Below are positions 1 through 7,975 of a stretch of 38,382 nucleotides of DNA, one piece after another. This DNA is from Candidatus Thalassarchaeaceae archaeon. Lineage in GTDB: Archaea > Thermoplasmatota > Poseidoniia > Poseidoniales > Thalassarchaeaceae. Below the pieces are notes generated by a model, which worked only from the letters and a program-made list of their open reading frames with translations, made no database searches and was not told the origin of the DNA. Where the stretch lies: positions 1-38,382 of the forward strand of contig JBKEHQ010000004.1 in NCBI GenBank assembly GCA_046710875.1, in the 5' to 3' direction. Positions within the stretch are counted from its first letter, which is position 1. Every line of letters starts with the position of its first letter. The position numbers and the translations under genes are program-made.

Positions 1-2
1 TA

Positions 3-293
3 CCTGAAGATATGAGTAGGGAGCATATCTATAATCATAGTCAATATGTTTGGGACATGAAGATGGTCGGCATGATGAGGGATGGAAAAATGCGAGAAGT
101 AGTTGATATCACGCCAGAATATACTGAACAAACTATTGCAGAAACAGAAGCCGGTGGTCTTACTTGGATGATGGCTGCTATGAATTTCCCACAATATCCT
201 GCCGAAATTTATGGGTACCAATCAGTCATTGGGACTGGAAATGCAATTGTTGCATGGGACCCTAATTCAGAAACTAGGGAAATAGTTCTTTGA
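3..293 (+). CDS. amnB: 2-aminophenol 1,6-dioxygenase-type beta (catalytic) subunit, 3' part only (LigB/class III extradiol dioxygenase)
   Basis: The frame is open from the window edge (PEDMSREH). Motifs WDMKM..MRDG, AETEAGGLTWM and YQSVIGTGNA match the AmnB/CnbCb C-terminus. An alpha-like paralogue follows. Confidence 0.75.
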   Translation, partial: PEDMSREHIYNHSQYVWDMKMVGMMRDGKMREVVDITPEYTEQTIAETEAGGLTWMMAAMNFPQYPAEIYGYQSVIGTGNAIVAWDPNSETREIVL

Positions 294-302
294 GGTATTC
301 AA

Positions 303-1229
303 ATGTCGACTAAATCAAACATATTATTTGGAATTTACTGCCCACCGCATCCCCAACCGCTCCTTGCTCCTGAATTAAATCAAGGATATGGTAATTTACG
401 TTCAGCATATGATACTCTTAAAACTCGGATTGAAGAAAGTGGTGCAGATATAATATTAGTTTATTCTACTACATGGCCAAGTATAGTCGGGCATCAAATC
501 CAGGCACATCCGGAGCCAGAATGGACCCATGTCGATGATGATTTTCATTTTTTAGGCAGTATGCCCTACAAATTTAAAATTGACTCAGATTTTTCTAATG
601 AATACATGGAAGCTGCAAAGAAACGTGGCCTCCATTCAAGAACTGTGGCTTATGATGGATTTCCTATAGATACTGGTTCAATAGTCGCCCTATCTCTTTT
701 AAATCCAGATAATAAAATTCCAGCATGTATAATTTCAAGTAATATGTATTCCAATAGGTCAGAGACTATAGTTCTAGGAAAGGCTGCGAATGATGCCCTT
801 TCAACTCAGGGAAAAAAGGCAGTAGTAGTAGTAGTTGCTAGCTTGTCTAACAGAATGTTTACTGAACATATCGATCCATCAAAAGATAGGATTCATAGTC
901 CTAAAGATGATGAGTGGAATAGGAAAATATTGGAATTCTTCAAAGACGGTAGACTAGAGGATCTTAGTCAATTATCTAGAGATATTCATGGTCAAATAAG
1001 GATACAAAAGGTAGCTGCCTACAAGCCAGTATGGTGGATGGCAGCAACAATGGGCCAACATAATAATTATGACGGGGAAATTCTTGCTTACGAAGCCTTA
1101 CATGGCTCTGGAGGAGCAATTATTCAACTAACGCCGTCACATGAATCTGTAGGGGACAAAGAATTCGATGAAGATGATGTTGAATATTATCAAGGAGATC
1201 GTAACGTCTTAGGGCAGGGCGCATTATGA
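303..1229 (+). CDS. amnA: 2-aminophenol 1,6-dioxygenase-type alpha subunit (LigB family)
   Basis: PHPQPLL, VYSTTW, GHQ, GFPIDTGSIVA and DDEWNRKILE are LigB-family motifs. It lies directly downstream of the beta subunit. Confidence 0.7.
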   Translation: MSTKSNILFGIYCPPHPQPLLAPELNQGYGNLRSAYDTLKTRIEESGADIILVYSTTWPSIVGHQIQAHPEPEWTHVDDDFHFLGSMPYKFKIDSDFSNEYMEAAKKRGLHSRTVAYDGFPIDTGSIVALSLLNPDNKIPACIISSNMYSNRSETIVLGKAANDALSTQGKKAVVVVVASLSNRMFTEHIDPSKDRIHSPKDDEWNRKILEFFKDGRLEDLSQLSRDIHGQIRIQKVAAYKPVWWMAATMGQHNNYDGEILAYEALHGSGGAIIQLTPSHESVGDKEFDEDDVEYYQGDRNVLGQGAL

Positions 1230-1696
1230 ATGAAAATAATCAAACAGATGATAAAGGCCTAATTGAAAAATTATTGCCAGAAGATGGCCCATTTATTGCA
1301 ACTAAAGGACCATCTTCTGTAGGGGCATATCCTCACCTCTACAGGTCTGGTGACCTAATTTTTGTTAGCGGAATAGGTCCAAGATCCCCCCTCACTAATG
1401 AGATAATAGGGGGTGCGATTAGAGATAAAAACGGCAATTCTTTAGAATATGATATACGTAAACAAACAAGGTCAGTTATCGAGAATATTAGTATTATTTT
1501 GGAAGAATATGGTTCAAATTTGTCAAAAGTTATTGATGTTTATTCAATGCTAATAGATATGGATCGTGATTTTGAGGGATATAATGAAATATATGCTGAA
1601 TATTTTTCGAAAATAATGCCTTCACGTACGACTTGTTCGGTTTCAGCACTGCCAACTCCAATTGCCGTTGAGTTGAAAGTTATCGCAAAAGTATGA
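1226..1696 (+). CDS. RidA/YjgF-family protein, probable 2-aminomuconate deaminase
   Basis: Motifs GAYPH, FVSGIGPR, PSRTT and LPTPIAVELKVIA. ATGA overlap with the upstream dioxygenase gene. Confidence 0.8.
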   Translation: MNENNQTDDKGLIEKLLPEDGPFIATKGPSSVGAYPHLYRSGDLIFVSGIGPRSPLTNEIIGGAIRDKNGNSLEYDIRKQTRSVIENISIILEEYGSNLSKVIDVYSMLIDMDRDFEGYNEIYAEYFSKIMPSRTTCSVSALPTPIAVELKVIAKV

Positions 1697-1721
1697 AAAA
1701 AATCAATGTAGATATTAATAA

Positions 1722-1729
1722 TTTAATAC
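1722..1729 (+). promoter_or_regulatory. Putative TATA box for the permease gene (probable leaderless transcript)
   Basis: TTTAATAC starts 29 nt upstream of ATG 1751, with no SD sequence. Confidence 0.4.
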
Positions 1730-1750
1730 TACGCCGTCATCCCAAAAGTC

Positions 1751-3418
1751 ATGAGAAGATTTTCTCCTAACGAACTTTTTGGTATAGTTCTACAACCAAT
1801 TGAACAAGTATCAGATACTTTGGAACGAAAATTGGGATTATTCTCAGTTGTAATAATATCCCTCTCCGCAATGTTAGGTTCAGGATTGTTTGTCCTCCCT
1901 GCATTGGCTATGCTTGAATTGGGAGGTGGTTCAAATCCAGCAGGAGGAGTTTGGCTAGCCTATTTGCTAGCAGCATTAGTTGTTCTACCTGGTGCTATTT
2001 CAAAATCAGAACTTGCAACGGCCATGCCATCCTCTGGGGGCTCATATGTTTACATCGAGAGAACCTTCGGGCCATTGATTGGAACTATTTCAGGATTGGG
2101 ACTCTGGGCCAATTTTATGCTCAAATCTGCTTTCGCATTAATAGGATTCAAGGCTTATTTATGGGTTCTTGAAGATATTTTTGGGATGAAAATAAATCTC
2201 GAATATGCTTCATTAATTTTATTGATTTTTATTGTCATAATAAATATTATGGGAGTTAAGAGAATTAAAAAAGTACAAACTCCAATAGTACTTTTGTCAA
2301 CTATATTTCTATTTTTAACATGTATTTTAGCAATTTTTACAGTTGAAATGAATTGGAATAATGTATTTTCTGGAGATGCCTTTGGGTCGGGCTGGGAATC
2401 AGTTGCATCCACTGCAGCATTAGTATTTGTTTCATATGCTGGAGTTACGAAGATTGCAGCAGTTGGCGGAGAAATAAAAAATCCAACTAATAATATACCA
2501 AAAGGGATATTATTATCATTATTTTTTAGTACATTTCTTTATGTATTTGTTACTTTGATAATGGCTGCAAGTGTAGATCCATCATTCTACGTAGAAGAAG
2601 GAACGAGTCATGCTAGGGAAGATCCAGTTTACATTTTCGCAAATGAGGTTGGAGGTTATAATTTTGGAATTTTTGCTGCTTTTTTGGCTGTATTGACAAT
2701 GACTTCTATGGCATTAGCCGGAATTATGGCATCTTCACGTTTTCTTTTTGCAATGGCGAGAGATAGTTTACTGCCAGATTTCCTTGAAGATGTACACGGG
2801 AAATTCGAAACTCCTCATTGGGCCATAATCTCTACAGGAGCCGCAATGTACTTCGCAATTACCTTTTTACCAGTCCATGATGTAGCAGAATTAGCATCCG
2901 GATTTAAAATTATGATATTTATTATTATCAATTCTTCAGTAATAATTCTACGTCGTTCAAGTAATTCTCATTCATGGTATAATCCAGAATGGAAATCTCC
3001 CTTATTCCCTTTTTTCCAAATAATGGGAATAATTACTAGCATTGGCCTATTATATCTAATGGGGTCCAAAGCAATCATTGGAGCATCAGTTGCAATTATT
3101 ATTGGGTCGATAATTTATTTTTCATATGGGAAGAAACATCAAAAACCTGAAATTACTCCTTGGAATACCTTTAGGTTGATGTTAACTAATCCTGATGAGG
3201 TCGAACATCGTCGCCGACATGCAGCATTCCATGCTGCAGATATCGAGGGAACCAATCATCTAAATTTACATGAATTTGTAGCTGCAATGACAGCACTTGG
3301 TTACAATGGAGAAAATCAAGATACTCTTAGGTCATATTTCCATAGTGTCGATGAAAACGAAGATGGCGTAATTGATATAGATGAATTTTTAATTTATGTC
3401 GAAGAAACTGAATTTTAG
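1751..3418 (+). CDS. APC-family amino acid permease with C-terminal EF-hand pair
   Basis: LERKLGL, MLGSGLFVLP, ELATAMPSSGGSYVY, FVSYAG and SRFLFAMARD, with about 12 hydrophobic segments. The C-terminal loop DENEDGVIDIDE is a canonical EF-hand. Confidence 0.9.
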   Translation: MRRFSPNELFGIVLQPIEQVSDTLERKLGLFSVVIISLSAMLGSGLFVLPALAMLELGGGSNPAGGVWLAYLLAALVVLPGAISKSELATAMPSSGGSYVYIERTFGPLIGTISGLGLWANFMLKSAFALIGFKAYLWVLEDIFGMKINLEYASLILLIFIVIINIMGVKRIKKVQTPIVLLSTIFLFLTCILAIFTVEMNWNNVFSGDAFGSGWESVASTAALVFVSYAGVTKIAAVGGEIKNPTNNIPKGILLSLFFSTFLYVFVTLIMAASVDPSFYVEEGTSHAREDPVYIFANEVGGYNFGIFAAFLAVLTMTSMALAGIMASSRFLFAMARDSLLPDFLEDVHGKFETPHWAIISTGAAMYFAITFLPVHDVAELASGFKIMIFIIINSSVIILRRSSNSHSWYNPEWKSPLFPFFQIMGIITSIGLLYLMGSKAIIGASVAIIIGSIIYFSYGKKHQKPEITPWNTFRLMLTNPDEVEHRRRHAAFHAADIEGTNHLNLHEFVAAMTALGYNGENQDTLRSYFHSVDENEDGVIDIDEFLIYVEETEF

Positions 3419-3481
3419 GATACGCCATTATATCGCTTAGTTGAAGTCATCACTCCTCTTCCGCCTAATTGGAGTAAGCAT

Positions 3482-4297
3482 ATGTCAATCGCGAGTCGAG
3501 CCAAGAAAGTAACAACACATACCCTGCAAGAGATGAAGCATGAGGGTGAGAAAATTACTATGCTCACTTCTTATGATTATTCCTTGGCAAAGTTGGTCGA
3601 CGGCGCGGGAATAGATGTAATTCTTGTTGGAGATTCTGCTTCTAATGTAATGGCAGGAAATGATACGACTGTTCCAATAACATTAGATCACATGATATAT
3701 CATGCCCAATGTGTCGAAAAAGCCGTAGATAGAGCATTAGTTGTTGTCGATATGCCGTTTGGTTCTTATCAGGGGGATTCAAAAAATGCTCTAGACTCTG
3801 CAATACGAATAATGAAAGAAACAGGGGGGCATGCCGTTAAATTAGAAGGTGGAATCGAAGTAACCGATTCAATAAAGAGAATAATGACTGCTGGAATACC
3901 AGTTATGGGGCATCTTGGATTAACTCCTCAGTCTATTTATAAATTTGGTACTTATACCGTAAGGGCAAAAGAAGATTTGGAAGCTAAGAAACTATTAGAT
4001 GATGCTATAGCATTAGAAAATGCAGGGTGCTTTTCAATAGTTTTCGAAAAGATACCTGCAGAATTAGCCAAGAAGGTGACTAAGTCATTATCTATTCCAA
4101 CTATTGGAATAGGGGCTGGCCCGGACTGTGATGGGCAAGTATTAGTATTACATGATATGCTTGGGATGACAAAAGATTTTAGTCCAAGATTTTTAAGAAG
4201 ATATGCAAACCTAGGCGAGATTATCGATCTAGCAGTCAAGCAATATATTGTAGATGTTAGGAGTTCTGAATTTCCAAATGAAGATGAAAAATATTAA
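3482..4297 (+). CDS. panB: 3-methyl-2-oxobutanoate hydroxymethyltransferase
   Basis: [33 protein letters not shown] and GIGAG..CDGQVLV. Confidence 0.97.
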   Translation: MSIASRAKKVTTHTLQEMKHEGEKITMLTSYDYSLAKLVDGAGIDVILVGDSASNVMAGNDTTVPITLDHMIYHAQCVEKAVDRALVVVDMPFGSYQGDSKNALDSAIRIMKETGGHAVKLEGGIEVTDSIKRIMTAGIPVMGHLGLTPQSIYKFGTYTVRAKEDLEAKKLLDDAIALENAGCFSIVFEKIPAELAKKVTKSLSIPTIGIGAGPDCDGQVLVLHDMLGMTKDFSPRFLRRYANLGEIIDLAVKQYIVDVRSSEFPNEDEKY

Positions 4298-4323
4298 GAT
4301 AAATTTCTAGGAGTAGATTAGAT

Positions 4324-5280
4324 ATGAGTGAATTATGGGTTGAAAGATATCGTCCAAAAACAGTATCTGAAATAAAAGGTCAGCAGGCGGTTGTAGCAAG
4401 ACTTAGTGCGTATGCAAATAATAAATCATTCCCTCATTTACTTTTTGCCGGGCCGCCTGGAACTGGTAAGACTACTGCTGCATTGGCCCTAACTAGAGAT
4501 GTCTTTGGGAAAGAATTTAGAAGAAATATTTTAGAAATGAATGCAAGTGATGAGCGTAAGTTAGAGTCAATACGTACAAAGGTGAAACAATTTGCTAGAA
4601 CTGCACCAAGTCCAGGAACCTCATTTAAGGTAATTTTTCTAGATGAAGCAGATGCACTAACTCCGGATGCACAAGGTGCATTACGCAGGATAATGGAACA
4701 AAATTCTGAAACGTGCAGATTTATCCTATCCTGTAATTATTCTTCTAAGATAATTGAACCAATTCAGTCTAGATGCGCTGTTTTTAGATTTAGGCCATTA
4801 GAAAATGAACAAATATTGGAGAGAATATCAATTGTAGCTAAAAATGAAAATATTATGATAGAGCATGAAGCAGCAAAGGCGATTGCACAAGTTAGCCTTG
4901 GAGACCTTAGAAAGGCAATAACATCATTGCAAGTTGCAGCATCTTTGGATTCAAACGTAACAAGGGATTTAGTTTATGAGACCACAGCAACAGCACCTCC
5001 TGAGGCCTTACATCGTTATTTTCTAGCCTGTAAAGAAGATGGTTTCCAACCAGCAAGAAGGCGTTTGAAAGAAATTTTAAACAATTTTGGATTAGCCGGT
5101 ACAGATTTTGTGAATCAATTACATAGAGAATTAAGTATGGTAAAATTTCTTGACGAATTACAAAAATTAAGTATTACTGAAATTATGGCGGAGACTGACT
5201 TTAGAATGGTTGAAGGAGGGGGCGAATCTCTTCAACTTGATGCCATGACTGCAAAAATATGTGCAATATTAAATATCTAA
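4324..5280 (+). CDS. rfcS: Replication factor C small subunit
   Basis: LWVERYRP, Walker A GPPGTGKT, NASDER, Walker B DEAD, SRC motif and GDLRKAI. Confidence 0.97.
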   Translation: MSELWVERYRPKTVSEIKGQQAVVARLSAYANNKSFPHLLFAGPPGTGKTTAALALTRDVFGKEFRRNILEMNASDERKLESIRTKVKQFARTAPSPGTSFKVIFLDEADALTPDAQGALRRIMEQNSETCRFILSCNYSSKIIEPIQSRCAVFRFRPLENEQILERISIVAKNENIMIEHEAAKAIAQVSLGDLRKAITSLQVAASLDSNVTRDLVYETTATAPPEALHRYFLACKEDGFQPARRRLKEILNNFGLAGTDFVNQLHRELSMVKFLDELQKLSITEIMAETDFRMVEGGGESLQLDAMTAKICAILNI

Positions 5281-5284
5281 GTAT

Positions 5285-6220
5285 TCAACTTTCGGTCCTA
5301 ATTATTTTCAATGTATATGTCTTTTCCCATGTATTCTCATCAAATGGTTTTACATCTTTACCTATTTCCATCAGATATATTTTAATTTCATATTCTCCGA
5401 GATTAATATTATTAATATCTAATTCTTCAGCCAAATTCCAAGCTAATCCTATGTCATTACTATTGGGTGCAACATCTGGTTTTCCAGTAAATTCTTTCTC
5501 AATATTTTTATCTTCTCCCCTTAACCATTTGTCAACATTATCAAATCTTTCAATTGCTTGTTGCTGATTAATTACAGATCCATTAGCAAGAATTATCGAT
5601 TCTGATAATGTGCTATGATTAATTTCTATTCGTATTATGGCATTTTCAGCATCAACATTATCCCTTACTGACATTCCTAAGATAATTTCTGCGGTATTTT
5701 CTTTAAGATTTATTTCAAATACATCTCCGTCCCATGAGTGCCCTATGATTGCAGTATCATTATTGTCTTGAATATCTATTCCTGATGCGATAGTAGGGGC
5801 GGCAATATCTGCCATAGGGGGATTAAGCAATATAAATGAAAGTGCTAACCATGAAAAAAGAAATAGAAATCCTCCTCTGAACCAATTGCCCCTTGTGTAA
5901 AGCTCACTGTAATTTTTAGGAATTACAATTTTATGTAAAGAAGGTATAGTTGCAGTTAGCATAACTGGTAAAAGCCATAATATCCCTTCCATTGAGTCTT
6001 GAGTGGGCATAAATATATAGCGCATAAAAAGTGCAATTAGGAATCCATATATTATTACTAGCCACATGGAATAAGCATCAGCTACTTCTTTTTTTGCATG
6101 TACTTTTGGGTCAAAAGGTTCCAAACCCTTTTTAGGTACATCTTTATTATCATCGCTGGTATTTTTATTTTTTTTTCCTGAGTAAGCGCTGGCTCTAAGA
6201 GCTGAGTCAATATCTACCAT
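5285..6220 (-). CDS. Hypothetical membrane protein (about 3-4 TM segments followed by a soluble C-terminal domain)
   Basis: Long ORF filling the gap, with hydrophobic stretches in the N-terminal half. ATG at 6220 preferred over TTG at 6229. Confidence 0.7.
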   Translation of the reverse strand: MVDIDSALRASAYSGKKNKNTSDDNKDVPKKGLEPFDPKVHAKKEVADAYSMWLVIIYGFLIALFMRYIFMPTQDSMEGILWLLPVMLTATIPSLHKIVIPKNYSELYTRGNWFRGGFLFLFSWLALSFILLNPPMADIAAPTIASGIDIQDNNDTAIIGHSWDGDVFEINLKENTAEIILGMSVRDNVDAENAIIRIEINHSTLSESIILANGSVINQQQAIERFDNVDKWLRGEDKNIEKEFTGKPDVAPNSNDIGLAWNLAEELDINNINLGEYEIKIYLMEIGKDVKPFDENTWEKTYTLKIIRTES

Positions 6221-6336
6221 GCGTCTCAAACTAATGCGAGACTAACTCCCACATCAACCCTATGATGGATATTGTAATCTATTAATTTGATTTTGTGGCG
6301 AATGCTCAAATGGTGTTTTTGATTCGGAGGTATATC

Positions 6337-6489
6337 GCCGGGGTGGCGTAGTTGGTAGCGCGTCGGACTCATAGGGTATTTTTTGTTGGAGATTCTATCT
6401 TCTACGAAACTAACGATGAGCGTAACACAGCCCCTGAGAATGTCTGAGACATCCGAAGGTCGCGGGTTCAAGTCCCGCTCCCGGCACCA
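6337..6489 (+). tRNA. tRNA-Met(CAT), elongator type, with 77-nt intron (6374-6450) and encoded CCA
   Basis: Acceptor GCCGGGG/TCCCGGC-ACCA; anticodon stem TCGGA/TCCGA around CT-CAT-A; T arm GCGGG-TTCAAGT-CCCGC. Exons of 37+39 nt give 76 nt. G1-C72 and the absence of three consecutive G-C pairs in the anticodon stem argue against the initiator tRNA. Confidence 0.93.
6374..6450 (+). other. Archaeal tRNA intron at canonical position 37/38 with bulge-helix-bulge splice motif
   Basis: Central helix CTCA(6368-6371)/TGAG(6445-6448), 3-nt bulges TAG and ACA, closing intron stem GGTATTTT/AGAATGTC. Confidence 0.9.
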
Positions 6490-6562
6490 TAATTTTATGC
6501 CATATATAAAATTGAAATATATGTGTTATTAATAATTATCTTGGGTTTTGTTCATGGAGTAG

Positions 6563-7927
6563 ATGCCTTACCCAGTATCAATGGATGAGTTACCGGAACC
6601 GGGTACTTCGATAAAAATTTTTGTCAAAACATGGTCAGGTGAAGATATTCATGCGGGAATATTGCTACCATCATCAGATGTAGATTTATTAACAATTAAA
6701 CTATTAAATGGATATAATATATCATTTCCAATGACCTATATTTCTAATTTTGAAATAATTTCCGAACCTTTAAAAAATAGTCCAATTAATAATTTAAAAT
6801 ATGATGCTGATAAATCTCTCCCACTAGTATACTTAATTCATACTGGAGGGACTATTGCAAGTAAGGTAGATTATAAGACAGGCGCAGTATCTGCAAGTTT
6901 TGAGCCAATTGAATTAATTAATGCAATGCCTGAATTGGAAACTATAGCTAGGATTAAAGTATTAAAATTAGGTAATATGTGGTCAGACGATATTCGTCCA
7001 AGGCACTGGAATATGATGCTAAAGGCAACTGAAAAAGCATTTTCAGAAGGAGCATCCGGAGTTGTAATAACTCATGGTACAGATACTCTTCATCTATCTG
7101 CTGCAGCAATGGCATACGGATGGGGGGGAGAAGGATGTAAACCCCCTGGGAGAATTGTGTTAACTGGCTCTCAAAGATCTCCTGATAGGGGATCCTCAGA
7201 TGCATCGGAGAATATTATTGCTTCGGTGATGTGGGCTGCCAACGGTCCAAAACCATCGGGATATCGTGATTCTTCAGTAATAATCCTTCATGCAAGTTCT
7301 TCTGATGGTAATTGTGTAGTTTTGCCCGGTTGTGCAAGTAGAAAATATCACTCATCTAGACGTGACTCATTTAAATCTATAAATCAAAAACCTATTGCAA
7401 ATATTATGATTCAGAAGAAAGAAATAACAATTATCATGAGAGATTATCAACCTCTTGAATCTAGATTTGAAACTCAGAGTCCAAAAATATTTAATGAAAA
7501 TATCAGAATTGCAGAATTTATTGCAGGCCCCCATATGCAATCAGAATTAATTGAAGCAGCTATCAAACTAAATTTTGATGCTTTATTGTTACATGGAACT
7601 GGATTGGGGCATCTGCCAATATCAAATCCTGAAAATGATAGTATTGAAAATACTCGCCTAAAGTCCGTAATTGAAGATTATTGCCTTGATGATGGCATAG
7701 TAGTAATAGTGGCTCAAACTATTAATGGACCAATTAACATGAATATTTATTCCAAAGGAAGAAAACAACAACAGATGGGAATTTTGGGGCATGATTCTCT
7801 ATGCCCTCCTGGTTCGGCTCTAGTAAAGCTACATTATCTACTTTCAATTAATGGTAAAAAGGAATATATTGCCAAACAATGGTCATCAGATTTAGTGGGA
7901 GAAAATCCTAAATTTGTCAGTGAATAG
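6563..7927 (+). CDS. gatD: Glu-tRNA(Gln) amidotransferase subunit D
   Basis: N-terminal IKLLNGYNI domain, TGGTIASKVDYKTGAV, HGTDT, TGSQRSPDRGSSDA, RKYHSSRRD and GTGLGH. Confidence 0.93.
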   Translation: MPYPVSMDELPEPGTSIKIFVKTWSGEDIHAGILLPSSDVDLLTIKLLNGYNISFPMTYISNFEIISEPLKNSPINNLKYDADKSLPLVYLIHTGGTIASKVDYKTGAVSASFEPIELINAMPELETIARIKVLKLGNMWSDDIRPRHWNMMLKATEKAFSEGASGVVITHGTDTLHLSAAAMAYGWGGEGCKPPGRIVLTGSQRSPDRGSSDASENIIASVMWAANGPKPSGYRDSSVIILHASSSDGNCVVLPGCASRKYHSSRRDSFKSINQKPIANIMIQKKEITIIMRDYQPLESRFETQSPKIFNENIRIAEFIAGPHMQSELIEAAIKLNFDALLLHGTGLGHLPISNPENDSIENTRLKSVIEDYCLDDGIVVIVAQTINGPINMNIYSKGRKQQQMGILGHDSLCPPGSALVKLHYLLSINGKKEYIAKQWSSDLVGENPKFVSE

Positions 7928-7975
7928 TTATATTCTATCCGCTTTAATGATGAACCCGTTACACGACCGAGGCTT

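Noticed and set aside
822-836. GTA trinucleotide run (also a GAA run near 14272)
   Set aside because: These encode a Val beta-strand and a Glu tract in frame, not a repeat array.
4324-5280. Inteins in RFC-S (and in AtpA), which are common insertion sites
   Set aside because: Both proteins are of normal length with uninterrupted motifs.
6226-6471. 81-aa minus-strand ORF
   Set aside because: It is antisense to the tRNA-Met gene and intron and has no protein features.
6337-6489. Initiator tRNA-Met or tRNA-Ile2(CAT)
   Set aside because: It lacks A1-U72 and the three G-C anticodon pairs. A 37/38 intron with this sequence fits the euryarchaeal elongator Met, although Ile2 is not formally excluded.
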